DNA of 64,000 nt from Chiloscyllium plagiosum (GCF_004010195.1 NC_057751.1:4720161-4784160), one strand, 5' to 3'. Positions 11,639-24,986 are shown, counted from the stretch's first letter. Translations and numbers: made by a program. The notes: generated by a model not told the origin, from the letters alone.

Positions 11639-12779
11639 GTATGTTGGAAAGATTGGCAATCCGAAGGCAAATATGAAGCAGCCTTCCTGATAGGTGGATT
11701 GATTTCAATGCAAACCTCATCAATTTCTGTCAATGTGTTTGGATCCAATATATGACAAATCCAAATGCTAAGATCTACCACAAATCCTAATCACGCTCTG
11801 GAGTCAGTGCTCCCCAAATTTTCTCCCCCGCCACCCCTCCATCATTGGAGAGGCTCTCTTATCACACCTCTGCATCCTCTGAAATCACTGTGATTTCCTG
11901 AACCTCATCTGAACGAGATGGACCCTAGCCTTTTATAATCCTATCTTCCTGTGAATGAAAGGAAAATATCTTTGGACTCATTTGCACCATCAGTTAGTGA
12001 CCTGAATATTTTCTGTGTCAGACTCAAGCTGTGAGGCATTGCTTCTCAAAATATCTGTCCCATTTTTTATCACAGTGGCCCCTTTCCCTGAAAATATACT
12101 TTACTTGTAAAGTCTCCATTGTCAACTCTTTGCTCAGGTCCCTTTCTTACAGCGCAGGTGTCATTCCAAGGGACATCACTGCACTCACAACTCTGCGACA
12201 TAGTCACGATATTCAATTCACTTTTCAAACACAGCCCTGGTGTGGGGGCAGACTCCACATCTTCCAGACCCTGAGTGTACGGTAGAAGCAGGGAGTTTGA
12301 CAGGAACCTCTCCCCATTCTGAGGTCAGCAATGGTTGCTCCAAGCCTGACTGCATCCCCTCATTGCTGCGCCTGGGAATGGCCCAGTCTGTGACACTCAG
12401 TCATCCACAGCTCTTTGCACTGAGAGGCCGGCAGGATGACACAGCGTCTTTCCCAGAGTTGAGGGTTCTTCAGCATCAGTGAAAGTATCTCTCTCTCTGT
12501 GCACCTTGGGATAAGCCTGTGGGGAGAGGTGGGAGTGTTGAGGGGAGACAGCACAGAGTGCTGCATCCCAGGGCTGCCCAGGATGAACCTTGACAAAGAC
12601 CGTCCTTTCTCCCTCCAGAGCTGTTTTGTAAAAATGCCTGAGGTAGGTGGGCAAAGTTCGCTTCCCCACTGGGGGGGTCACCTCGAGAGTGTCAAACTAA
12701 GATGACCTTTCCAATCACATCATCCCAACAGGCCAACAGATGAAATACTGCCTGGCAGTTTTAGCAGAAAAAAGACTCC

Positions 12780-13690
12780 GTCATAGCAGTTTACAGCACA
12801 GAAAAAGGCCATTTGGCTCATCGAGTATGTGCTGATCCAAAACAACTGCCTCATTATTCTAATACCATTAACCAGCACTTGGCCAACATCCTTGTACGCC
12901 TTGGCATGGCAAGTGCATATCGTATTACTTCCTCAATCTGATGGGGGCTTCTGCCTCTCCCACCCTGATAGGCAGTCAATTCCACATTCCCCATCCCCCC
13001 TTGGGTGAAAAAGATTCTCATCACATGCCCCTGGTCACTGATCATTCCTATCTGCCCTAACTCTGCCTCTAATACTTTTACCCATCTCAATCACGTTCCC
13101 TCTTTATCTCTTCCGTTCCGAGGAAAACAGCCCCAGACTGTCCAATCTCTCTTTATCACTGGAACTCTCCAGCACCAGGCAACACCCTTGTAAATGTCCC
13201 TCTTCACCCTCTCTAGTGCTATCACATCCCTCCTACAATGTAGGTTCCAGAACTATACGCAGTACTCTAGCTGTGATCAAACCAACATTGTATACCGTTC
13301 CAGCATCACCACTCCATTCTTAAAGTTCTATGCCGGGGCTAAGAAAGGCAGGAATTCTATTGGGTTAACCTATTAGCCTTCTGACCCATCTGTCCCACTA
13401 TCTTAAGAAAATGATGGACATGCACAGAACAGTCCCGCTGATCCTCTGTGCTTCCCGGGGTCCTACTGTTAATCCTGTCCTTCCTTGCTTTACTCGTCCC
13501 ACCAGGTGCATCGCCTCACATTTACCTGGAACGAATTTCATTTGCCACATCAGTCCACCTAACCAGCTGGTCTCCATCCTTCTGTAATCTCCACCTATCC
13601 TTCTCCCCATTCACTGCCCCACTAATTTTCCTATTATCCATTAGCTTATTCATCAACGCTCATACATCCAAGTTAAAATGATTTATATCG
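12780..13690 (-). mobile_element. Decayed HER1/CR1 LINE 3' part
   Basis: Tail catagcagtttacagcacagaaaaaggccat; minus frame WQMKFVPGKCEAMH is a CR1 RT motif. Confidence 0.75.
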
Positions 13691-14279
13691 CATAAAGACA
13701 TTTTCACCTGTTGTGTGGCTCAGAAATCAGCCACTTGCCTGAGCAGGCAGGCTGTGCTGCGTGTAAGGGATGTTTCAGGGATAGGTCTCTCAGTGCATCG
13801 TCCTTCGAGCAGATTGTCAAACTCAGCCCCCAGTTCCCTGTCCGGAAGCCCCCACCACGACAAGAGCAAGGAGCTTCCCCCTGCTGCCCTGGGCTACAGT
13901 CACCCACTGAGAAGACCTTAGTCTCTTGCTCCTCTGTCTGTCTCCTGGCCATTTATGGGACCCCACTGTGCTGATTCCTGGTGACAACAGCTTGCAAGTA
14001 ACTCATTGGCTGTGCACCTCTTTGAACCAATCCGAGGTTGAGCAGATTCTTAGACTGATCTAGGGTGGCCTTTATTTCCCTCGTAAGACACAGTGAGATT
14101 AGGAATTTACTGGAACTGCCAATAAAAAAAACAGAATCATTGCTGTGGATATCAAAATTGTGAACAAAAGACCTGCTGTCAAAGGAGAAAGATATGCTTT
14201 TCGTTGTAATAATGAGTTTTGAATTAAGCTTTTTAAAAATGTCATGGGTGAGCTGTCATTTCTGTTTCTCTGCCTCCAG

Positions 14280-14547
14280 ATATTACAATAAGCTACTGAG
14301 GACACTGCTGGACTGCGATGAGAGGACAGTGAGCAGAATTAGGGAGAAAGTGATGGCGAGCCTGGACTCACACTTGTCTGGTTTCATCCACCTGCTGCAG
14401 AGTGACCACTGCTTGTCCTCACCGCCGCACAGCGCCACCCGCAATAAACGCTCTGCCACTGAATCCCAGAAACTGCAGCTCTTCATCCGAAACTCCAAGG
14501 CAACGAGCCGCCTGGCCTCTGAGTTCACATCGAGTGAGAACGAATGA
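14280..14547 (+). CDS. STC1: Stanniocalcin-1, coding exon 4 (to stop)
   Basis: Acceptor tttctctgcctccag|A; RYYNKLLRTLLDCDERTVSRIRE...LLQSDHC...SQKLQLFIRN...ENE*. Exons total 133+143+212+268=756 nt = 251 aa + stop; no STC2-type His-rich tail. Confidence 0.95.
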
Positions 14548-14899
14548 TATCGGAGCTGGGGTGGGGGGTGGAGAGCTAAAGAAGGGGAGAGAGAGAGAGA
14601 GAATGAGAGAGAGGAGGCCTCGACCCCGTCCACAGCACCAAGGTGTCTTCAGTGAATCTGGTCCAGCACATTTCTTGGCAGTTGACACGGAGCAAGTGCC
14701 CACATCCAGCTCAGCCCAGCAAAAACCAAATGGTGACAAGTGTGTGAACTCTTTAAAGTGGCAATGCCAGTGCATCTACCTTTCCTTCATCTTGCGAAAA
14801 CACAATCCAAACTCAAGTCAGGTCATATCTTATCCAGGTCAAGCACTAGCCTTAACATGTCTGAATGCCCCTAGGAACTCCCTCTGTCATTTCTCTGGT

Positions 14900-15060
14900 A
14901 GGTTTTTGTTTGTTCACAATGTGCTAGGCCAGCATTTATTATCCATCCCTGATTGCCCAGAGGGCAGCTGAGAGTCACCACACTGCGGTGGCTCTGAAGT
15001 CACATGTAGGCTAGACTCAGTAAGGACAGGCAGCTTTCCTTCCCTGAAGCAGACCGGTGA
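14900..15060 (-). mobile_element. 3' fragment of tRNA-derived SINE with CR1-type tail
   Basis: ctaggccagcatttatt...gagagtcaccacactgc...gtcacatgtaggctagac is the reverse complement of the element at 38705-39070. Confidence 0.6.
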
Positions 15061-15872
15061 CCTTCACCTTGTGATGTGTTGCTGTTCTGCCTATATCAGA
15101 ATGTGCGCGCGAGAGAGAGAGAGAGAGAGAGAGAATACTTATCCCATCTCCAGGCCCCTGGCATCCTGTGCTTTCCCCTGTCCGTGGCCAGCCCTGCGCT
15201 CCAAGCCGACCAGATTTCTCACCTTTTGGTGAGAGGTCACAAAGCTGGAATGTTCATTCCGTGTTCCCATCTCTACACAGAACCTAACAACAAGAAACAT
15301 CCAGCCCCTTTCTGCTGACTATCTCAATCTAATTCACCAAATCAGGACAGACCAAGGCCCCTTCCGCCCATCAAGCCTGTTCTGGCTGTATGAAAGATGT
15401 CTCCAGTGGGTCCCCATTACAACCAGGCATTAGTATGACCCTGATTATGACACTGTTGTTAGTTGCAGTTCCTCAGTTACAACTCAGTAGGGAGAATTCC
15501 CACCTCTTCAGACCAACCAAGACCAGCTTTCAGGCGCAATACAGAGGGAGCTCTGCACTGCTCAGGGGAGCTAGCTTTCAAAGCATGCCCCATCTGCCTG
15601 CTCCACAGAATGTGAACGATCGCACAACAGTATCCCAAAGGAAAACAGAAGATCTTAAACACGGTGTCCTAACCAATAGCTAGGCCTCAGTTGACATCCC
15701 AAGGTCATTGTCACATTCACACTTGGAAGAGGTTTTGGCAGAGGGGGATATGGCTCTGGTCTCTGTGTCTCCCAGTTCAGAAATGTTCACTCTCTGGGTA
15801 ACATAGAGATTTCTTTTCTGACCCACCTATTTAGAGATGTTATGGTACACTTCTGGAGGGGACTGGGGACTT

Positions 15873-16741
15873 AAGAACATAGAACATAGAACATTACAGC
15901 GCAGTACAGGCCCTTCGGCCCTTGATGTTGGGCCACCCTGTGATCCTAATCTGAAGCCCATCCCACCTACACTATTCCATGTACATCCATTTGCCTGTCC
16001 AATGTCAACTTAAATGCACTAAACTTGGCAAATCTACTACTGTTGCAGGCAAAGCATTCCATACCCTTACTGCTCTCTGAATAAAGAAACAACCTCTGAC
16101 ATCTGTCTCATACCTGTCTCCCCTCACTTTAAAGTTGTGTCCCCTCATGTTTGCCGTCCCCATACTTGAAAAAAGACTCTCCCTGTCCACCCTATCTAAC
16201 CGTCTGATTATCTTGTATGTCTCTATTAAGTCACCTCCCAAGAATCTTACCATTAGCCCAGTACTTAGCATTCCGATTACTCCATCCAAAGTGTATCACC
16301 TCACACTTGTCCACATTAAACTCTATTTGCCACCTCTCAGCCCAGCTCTGCATCCTATCTATGTTTCTCTTCAACCTACTACATCCTTCGTCACTATCCA
16401 CAACTCCACCGAACTTAGTGTCGTCTGCAAATTTGCTAACCCACCCTTCTAAGCCCTCATCCAGGTCATTTATTAAAATGACGAGCAGCAGTGGACCCAA
16501 CACCGACCCTTGCGGTACGTCGCTAGTAACTGGACACCAAGATGAACATGTTCCATTAACTACAACCCTCTGTTTTTTTTCAGCAAGCTAATTACTGATC
16601 CAAACTGCTATGTCTCCCACAATCCCATTCCTCCGCATTTTGTATAATAGCCTACTGTGGGGAACCTTATCGAACGCCTTGCTGAAATCCATAGACACCA
16701 CATCAACCGGTTTACTCTCATCTACCTGTTTGGTTACTTTG
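15873..16741 (-). mobile_element. HER1/CR1 LINE 3' portion, internally deleted, relatively young
   Basis: Tail (agaacat)n; minus ORFs LGPLLLVILINDLDEGLEGWVSKFADDTK (RT core) and GDLIETYKIIRRLDRV...FFIQRAVRVWNALP; GACTT repeated at both flanks. Confidence 0.88.
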
Positions 16742-16784
16742 ACTTGAATCTGGGTCTTCTATCTCAGAGGGAGGGAACCTATCA

Positions 16785-17060
16785 TTGAGTCATACATCAT
16801 GGAAACAGATCCTTCGGTCCAACCAGTCCATGCCAAACATAATCCCACACTAAACCACTTCCACCTGTCTGCTCCTGGCCCATATCCTTCCAAACCTTTC
16901 CTATTCACAGACTTATCCAAATGTCTTTCAAATGTTGTTACTGTACCTGGACCCACCACTTCCTCAGAAAGTTCATTCCACATGCAAACAATCCTCTGTG
17001 TGAAAAATTTGCCCCTCATTTCTTTTTTGGATCTCTATCCTCTCACCTTAAAAATGTGCT
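16785..17060 (-). mobile_element. HER1 LINE 3' fragment
   Basis: ORF RGKFFTQRIVCMWNELSEEVV...FERHLDK; tail gagtcatacatcatggaaacagatccttcgg. Confidence 0.8.
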
Positions 17061-17452
17061 CACCCTCCAAATGTCCTTGACATAGAAAAAGGCATCACCC
17101 GAGTCCCAGTGCCCCAATCCTCACGGACAGTCTAAGAGGGTGAGAGATGAGGCATTTGATTTTAAAATGCTGGAAGACCGCGCCAAAAGAAGCTCACTGA
17201 ACTCATCAAGAGTCCACCCAGTGAGATCTTCGTTGCTCTAGAACTGAACTCCAAAGGATCCAGCATCCCAGAGATGAACGAACAAAGGTCAGCCGATCTC
17301 TGATGGATCAGGAGTAATGGGTGCAGCATTCAATACCCAGTTCCAAACTTCTGCCACTCCTTTTCCATGTGCAAACATTTTCATTGCTGAGAGACCTGAC
17401 CTTATTTGTAGATTGTCCTCCCAAGAGTTTTAAAAAGAGCTTCCTCAATATC

Positions 17453-17458
17453 AATAAA
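17453..17458 (+). terminator. Candidate STC1 polyadenylation signal
   Basis: First AATAAA I found downstream of the stop outside a LINE; would give a ~2.9 kb 3'UTR. Alternatives near 17858, 17917 and 18335. Confidence 0.3.
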
Positions 17459-19079
17459 AAAAAGCCCACACCCTAACCTCCTCAACTCCAGGGAACGGAT
17501 CTGCTGTCTGTGTAATCTGCCCTTTGTGATTGAACCCTTGGCAGTGTGGGTATCATTGCAGTAATCCAGGCTGGATTCCACACCACCCCCAGACAAACCT
17601 CCTTTCTCTGTCAAGTGTCACGTTGCTGGCTGGAACATAGGGACAAAGGTGGGTGCCTTTGTGAAACACTGAGAAGGTTACTTATCAGCTGACTGACCAC
17701 ACCAAGCCAAGTCGCAAAGCAGTTTGGAACCAATGGTCGAAAGGGAGTCACTGTCAGTCCCCATCTTCTGGCCCCCTGTTCCACTGGCAGGAGCTTTACT
17801 GAGGGATGGAGGGAGCCTGGGGTCTGGAGAGGAGGACTGGTGCATATTCTTGATGAAAATAAAAAGACAGTAGTTTGGTTGACCATTTGTGCTGTAGTTG
17901 CTCCAGTCAGCTCACCAATAAATATGACCAAATGCCAGGGAACCACAGAGCAACCATTCACAGTCAGGCTCACTGGCCCAACTAAACCATGGGCAAGATG
18001 CCAGCACCACACCACCTAACCTCCTATTCCAATAGGGGCAGGAGGGGCAATGATGGACGACCTTGCCCTTCCCAATCACTGAGACACCAACGTTGTCTGG
18101 TGGACTGCTGACATGGCTCTCCAATCGTGCGTGGTTTATTTCTCTTTCCAGCAGCTCTCACTGAGTCCTCGGTGTTTCTCCTCATGCCTTGATTCCTGAT
18201 GCAGCCGCTGCACCATGTCTCCCCCTGGGTCAGTGTTTGTATCCTGAAGACTTCCTGAATGTTGTCAGCTTTTGGAACTTTGTGACTTCAACACAAAGAG
18301 AAGGTTCTCATTACTACGGTTCATTCCTATGGCAAATAAAGTTGTGGTGACTAATCTCATGTTCTCATGTCTCTCTTGCACACACCTTCCACCAATTCCT
18401 GAGATTCTAATGACCATCAGGTTGCCCCAGCTCCTTCCCATGGGTCACAGCAGGACAGAAAAGGTGGTGTTTCAGCAGAGGTAAGCAACCAGTGTCTCTC
18501 TCTGCATTTACCTACCACCCTGCGGGGAGTGACACAATGCAAATCTTTCACTGATGGGGGTGAAGGTGCAAGTATCAACTTTGATCTGTCAGGCATCCTT
18601 TTTTTTAAATGAAGGGAATTGAAAAGTGCAAACACTCTCCCGCAGAAAACCCAAGCACACCATGGGTTTTTTTTTAAAGAAACACATTCAGGGTTATTAG
18701 CCAATATTTATCACTCACCCATAATTGCCAAGAAGACAATGAAGAGTCAACGACATTGCTGTGGGTGTGGAATCATATCTCAGCAAGATCGCGTAAGGTC
18801 GGCAGATATCCTTCGTTAAAGGATATCTGTGAGTCTGACAGGTAGTTGCAAGAATCAGTTTCATGGTTACCATCACAGATGGCTTTTCAATCCTGACCTA
18901 TCTGCTCCAATGGGATTGGGAACCTTGGTGCGTGGCTTGCTAACCCAGTGACAATGACCACAATTTCACCACAGTGACCAATCTCGCTCGATCAGCCTAC
19001 AACAGAGACAAACATGAGGTGAGGCAGACCGCCTGTTGTGGGAGCTCTGTACAATCATCAAACTCCAACAGCGTGAAAA

Positions 19080-19389
19080 CTGGCCATTTGGCCAATCAAG
19101 TCCACACAAACCCTCCTGGACCCAAACCCCCCAACCCTATAAACCCACATTTCCCATGGCTAACCCAACTAGTCTGCACATCCCTGGACACTATGGGAAA
19201 TTTAACATGGCAACTACCCTAACCTGCATATCTTTGGACTATGGGAGGAAACCAGAGCAACCGGAGGAAAGACACACATATGCAGAGAGAATGTGAAACT
19301 CCACACATACAGTCGCCCGAGAGTGTAACTGAACCAAGTCCCTGGTGCTGTGAAGCAGCAGTGCTAACCACTGAGTCACTGTGCTGCCC
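19080..19389 (-). mobile_element. HE1 SINE (diverged)
   Basis: Reverse complement of HE1 head and core (gcagtgctaaccactg; gggaggaaaccagagc). Confidence 0.8.
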
Positions 19390-20489
19390 TGCTCCCTATT
19401 TGTGTTTGAGATCCCTATTTGTTGCCAATGCAATACACACACCTCATCCAACATCACATGGCCAATTCCATGAACAATTCAGTAGTTTGAAGACAAGAGT
19501 CAGTGTATTTCAGTTGCCCCTCAATCTACTGGCAGTGTCTGGAGAGAGAAACCTCTTCATGTGGCATCCAAATCAGACTGTCTGGGAAAGGGAAGGCCAA
19601 ACTCTAACAACTCACACAGAGATGAAATTCATTCTCATCTTCATCTGAAACAGAAGATGCCTCTCTTCTGAAACAGTGCACCTAGCTCTGGACTCCCACA
19701 AAAAGCAATAGCTCCTGTGCGCTGTAAAGGTTTCAGCAGGGTTTGTTGGAGCTGTGATGATGTGAATCATACACAGACAAGGGGTGGGTGCTTGCTCAGG
19801 CATAAAGTCCCAGTGCATCTTTGATGAGTTTCAGTAGTGAAGCAATGGTATTCACAGCTCCTCTGAAATTATCTCTTTCTCCTTCCCCCTCTCCCTTCCT
19901 TTTCTCTCTCCAGTCAGCTCATTTCTGCAATAGCAGCACAGGAACAGTGCCACAGCTAGCGAGAGGTGGGGAGATGCTGACAGTTGGGATACAGAGGAAA
20001 GACAGAGATAAGGACTGAAAGAAAGGCAGAGAGGACGAGGAGACAGACACGCACTGGTGTCCCTTGTGGACCTGTCCAATAACAAGTGAGGAAAGCAACA
20101 GCAACATCGACTATCACATGCTCTGGGGCTTGATGACAAATGGTACAAACTGCATGACAGCGAGACAAAGGAAGTCTGGCTTCTGACTAAACACAGGACA
20201 CTTTTTTTGGAATTCTCTCTTTGGAAAGAACTAAACTTCCTAGCCAGCCCTGAATCCTCAGAGAGGTGACCTGCCCTCCAAGCCAGTTGTAATTTGCTGC
20301 TCGGTGTTAGAGGCTGGGAGGAAGAGTGCAATCCAATTACAGAGACATGAACTTACTCTGTTATTCATGACAGGAGCACAGCTGGTGCTGGCCAGAAGCC
20401 AAGTGTAATCCTTGATATCGTGCAAAGTCTAAGGTAGCCTTCACCAGGTGGGTCCAGGGACCCAGAGCAGCAAGGGACGGCAAAGAAGA

Positions 20490-21115
20490 CATCGGAATAG
20501 AGGAGACCATTCAGCCCATTGAGTCTGCCCCGCCATTCATCATGATCGTGGCACCCCATCTCCAGAGTACTATACAGCAACAGGAACAAGAAATCTATCA
20601 GTCTCGACACACTCAAAGACTGAGTTCCCACAGCCCTCTGTGGTACAGAATCCAAAGGTTCACAACCCTTGGAGTTAAACCAAATTCTCCTCATCTCCCA
20701 CCTAAGTGGTATCTCCTCATATCACCACCTAAGTGGTGTTTTAAATTATGCCCCTGGTTCTGGACACCCCAGCCAGGGGTAATATCTTATCTGCACCTAT
20801 GCTGCCCATCCCTTTTCGTATTTTTGAAGTTTCAAAGAGATCACCTCCTAGTCCTTGGAACTGCAGAGAGTACCAGTCCAGTTTGCTCACCCTTACTTCA
20901 TCGGACAGTCTTGTTATTCCAGGAACAAATCAGATAAGCCTTCATTCATTCACTCTCTGGTAATAATACCTTCCCTGAGAGAAAAACACCAAACCCACAC
21001 AAAGTCATTCAGGTCTGGTCTAACCAAACACCTAAATGATAGAATCCAGTCTTCTCCTGTACCCAAACCTCTTGTGAGGAGGGCTAACATTCCATTAGCC
21101 TTCCTAAACTGCAAT
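20490..21115 (-). mobile_element. Decayed CR1/HER1-type LINE 3' part
   Basis: Tail ggagaccattcagcccattgagtctgccccgccattc, plus cctctggacacccc/acagccctctg CR1 3' motifs. Confidence 0.7.
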
Positions 21116-21343
21116 GTCCAGTGCCTCTCGGGTGCTTCAGAGAGTGAAGAGATTACACCAACATATGAGAGGGCGTTCAGACCTCAAACCTTGCTGTGGC
21201 TTGTTAACATCGGTAGGGGGAGGGGACAGCAACAGGAATTGCATGTGGGATGGGCCACTCAGTCCAACAGGGGCTTTATGCAGGCATAACTTCAGTTACT
21301 TGCAAGTTCTTTTTGTCCCATGAGGCTAAGTCCCACCTACTCT

Positions 21344-21653
21344 GTCTGGCTCAGTGGTTAGCACTGCTGCCTCACAGCGCCAGGGGACCCAGGTTCGAAT
21401 CTAGCCTCGGGCGACTGTCTGTATGGAGCTTGCACATCCTTCCTGTGTCTGCGTAGGTTTCCTCCTGGTGCTCCGGTTTCCTCCCACATTCCAAAGATGT
21501 GCAGGTTAGGTGAATTGGCCATGCATTGTCCATAGTGATAGATGCATTAGTTGGGGAATGGATCTGGGTGGGTTACTCTTCGGAGGGTGTCGGTGTGGAC
21601 TTGTTGGCCAAAGCGCCTGTTTCCACACTGTAGGGAATCTAATCTAATCTAAT
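21344..21653 (+). mobile_element. HE1 SINE with 7-bp TSD
   Basis: tggctcagtggttagcactgctgcc head, ggttcgaatc B box, (aatct)n tail; CTACTCT at 21337-21343 and 21654-21660. Confidence 0.9.
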
Positions 21654-22204
21654 CTACTCTCTGAAGGGGTATTCCAATGCCCAATGTCTCAGTTGGTGTT
21701 TGGAAGGACAGAGAGCCCATGGAATGAACCAAACAGTGGGAGCATGTGAAGATGTTTTGAAGTAGTTGGGACCAATACAGAACATGCAGGTCCAGCAGTG
21801 GAATGAGAATACTGTTAGCATCTCAAATCTGATATGACTTGGAGGTATGTGGGAGATGGGAGGGGAGTGCAGTGATGTGGGCTTTGCCTCCAGTATACAA
21901 CATGCCCTCTAAGTAGAGAGTGTCATGTTTCAATTGATGCCAGGATAAGATGGAATCTGAGATCTTTGGTCCCCTCAGATTGCAGGATCTGTGACCTGAC
22001 ATTGCAGAGCATGCCTAGCATGGTATTGAGGGCTCTGACAAGGGAAGTTCATTTCAGTTGTTTCCAATATATAATGATCATGTTCACAGACACCGAGGCT
22101 GTTACTCGGTTACAGCAGAGATGCATACTCCCACTACAGCGTCATGCTTCAAGTGATCCTGGAGTAAGATGGAGTCCGAGATCCTTTATCTTCTCAGCTC
22201 ACAG

Positions 22205-23090
22205 CAATAAGAACTAGGAGCAGGAGTAGGCCATCTGGCCCTTCCAGCCCCCTCTGCCTTTCAATACGATCATGACTGGCCTATTTATGGACTCAACTCC
22301 ACTTACCCACCCGCTCACCATGACCCTCAATTCCTTTACTGTTCAAAAATCTATCTTTACCTTAAAAACATTCAACGGGGTAGCCTCAGCTGCTTCTCTG
22401 GTCAGGGAATTCCACAGATTCACAACCCTTTGGATGAAGAAGTTTCGCCTCAACTCAGTCCTAAATCTGCTCCCCCTTAGTTTGAGGCTCTGCCCCTCGT
22501 TCCAGTTACACCCCCCAGTGGAAACAACCTCCCTGCTTCTGTCTCATCTATCCCCTTCACCATTTTATACATTTCTGTGAGTTCCCCTCTCATTCCTCTA
22601 AATTTCAATAAGCATAGTCATGGTCTCCTCAATCTCTCCTTATTAGCCAACCTTCTCAACTCCGGAGAAAGTGAGGTCTGCAGATGCTGGAGATCAGAGC
22701 TGAAAATGTGTTGCTGGAAAAGCGCAGCAGGTCAGGCAGCATCCAGGGAACAGGAGAATCGACATTTTGGGCATAAGCCCTTCCTGAAGAAGGGCTTATG
22801 CCCGAAATGTCGATTCTCCTGTTCCCTGGATGCTGCCTGACCTGCTGCGCTTTTCAAGCAACACATTTTCAGTTCTCAACTCCGGAATCAATCTAGTGAA
22901 CCTCCTCTGAATCCCTTCCAGTGCCAGTACATCCTTTCTCAAGTAAGGAGACCAAAACTGTACACAATACTCCAGATGTGGCCACACCAGCACCTTACTG
23001 AGCTGCAGCATAGCCTCCCTGTTTTTAAACTCCATCCCTCTAACAATGAAGGACAATATTCCATTTGCCTTCTTAATTCCATGAAAACCA
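22205..23090 (-). mobile_element. CR1/HER1-type LINE 3' part hosting a nested Penelope-like insert
   Basis: Minus ORF KKANGILSFIVRG...LVWPHLEYCVQFWSPYLRKDVLALEGIQRRFTRLIPELR, a classic CR1 ORF2 segment. Confidence 0.85.
22667..22872. mobile_element. Palindromic Penelope-like insert with hammerhead motif and 14-bp TSD
   Basis: Near-perfect ~85-bp inverted arms; TTCTCAACTCCGGA at 22653-22666 and 22873-22886; CTGAAGA-A-GGGC-TTAT-GCCC-GAAA-TGTC at 22784-22811. Confidence 0.85.
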
Positions 23091-24986
23091 ACTTTTTGCA
23101 ATGGTACAGTGATGGTGCCACGAACATGTCCTTGAATGGTCTATGGGCCGTGACCTGGACACAACAGGGAGTGGGGGTTTGGACAAAGGGTTAACTGAAT
23201 CAGTACTCTCTCAACAGCTCCTGAGACTGTGTAGAAGGAGCAATGCCATGGTCGTGCCAGATCACATGGCATCAAGTTCAATGGAAGAAGGTACTTGCCA
23301 AGTCCCACTTGACCTGTCTATAGTATAAGGGTTAATCGACATTCACACACTCTCTCTCCAGCTGCTGCAAGCTGTGAATGCTGCTTTCAGAGAGCAGGCC
23401 GACATCCCATCAGCAGAGCTGACCAGAGCTTGCTGGGCTAGGGTCACACGCTGAGACGTGGCCTCAGCTCCCCATTCCCAAGTCAGACTGGTGAAGCACA
23501 TTAAATGGCTGGAAGTCTGCCCACAGCACCACACCTCCTCATCAGCAACACAAACATGACAGTCAGGCACCACAGGAGATGTCAGGATCAGTGAGCTGCA
23601 GCTTGGCCAAACAGAGAGGCTTGAACAAGCAGCTTCCAGAAGGTGAGGTAGCTCGAGAGCAGCAGAGATTTGGGCAAAGAATTCCCAAAGGTTGGTGTTC
23701 AGGCAGCTGAAGGCATGGTTTCTATGGTGGACTGTTGGAAATACAGGGTGGATATGAAGCCAGTATCGGAGGATTGCAAGAATGCTTGGTTTGGAGGACA
23801 TTGTCAAGATCGGGAGGGTCAGGACTGTGCAAATATATGACTAAAACTGAAAGGAATGACATCTTTGACTTGATGAAGGAATGTTTTGATTCTACCATTA
23901 GGATGTTGCAGAGAACACTCTCTGCACTATATGTTCTGATCAAAATAAATTCTGAAGCAGTTTGCAAAATTCAGAAAGTTATCTGTTTTATCTAACCTAA
24001 AATCCACCTTTTACTCTTTGGCCTGTGATCATCAGTAAGTCAAGACCACTAGTAAGACAACAAGTTTGGATTGACTGAAAAGTCTTTTACTCTGAAGGCC
24101 ACACGGTGGCAAAATTCATTAAAAAGGGGCTTTTCATTTGCAATTATGGTTTCCACCATCATGAGACTGGCCTATGCTGTTCACTAACAGCCTTCATTGC
24201 GAGTGAGCAGCCTGTCTCCTTCCTGTCATCTGATTTCACTATTTAAACACTGAGATGAGCCAGAGAAGCCTCTACTGACCTAGAGTGGGCCTTGATTTCA
24301 CAGCAACAACAACTTAGATTCATGTAGCACCCTTCATGTTGTTACCTGTCCCGTGAGCAAATGAGACGTGAGATTTTGAGCCTCATAAGACAATATTAAG
24401 GGAGGTGACAAAATGTTTGGTCAAAGAGGTTGCTTTTAAGGACTTTCTTAGCAACAAGAGAGAGGGATAAAGAGGGAATTCTGGGGCATTGGGCCTCGGC
24501 AGCTGTCAGTAATGTGGCAATGAGAACTGGGAATGTGCGAGAGGCGATAATAGGAGATATGGAGATAGATCGGAGGGTTCCCTGCACCTTGACCGAAAGA
24601 ACAGCGACTCAACATGTCCAAAAGAGCACAGGAGATCCAGGTGGGTTGAGACCTGAGTGTGTGGTGTCCCCCCCTTTTACACGGTATGAACAGAGCGCAC
24701 AGGGTCAGTCAGAGTGTTGGTGTTTCTGACTGTCTTCTCTCAACAACCCAGACAATGATCTCCCTGCTGTAACACAGCAGCCAGTCCCTGAAAGGGGTCA
24801 ATGACAGCAGGAGTTCATCTCCACCGATCACAGTAGAAAGGACTACTCCTGTGAGGAGCTTTACCAGAGAATGTACAGTGCTTTGGAGATTGTCATTTGG
24901 TGTTCACAGATATCTGGCCTGAAATCATCACGGGCACTCATTGTTAAAGTGAGCCTAATGTCTCACAAGAGACCATCATGTCTCTC

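Noticed and set aside
14443..14448. AATAAA inside STC1 exon 4
   Set aside because: Encodes Asn-Lys of RNKR and lacks a downstream GU/U-rich element.
14402..14971. 189-aa ORF overlapping STC1 exon 4 in another frame
   Set aside because: Non-ATG start, runs through a (GA)n microsatellite and a SINE; no protein-like features.
23343..23807. 154-aa minus-strand ORF between STC1 and NKX3-1
   Set aside because: No recognisable domain, TN motif or consistent splice structure.
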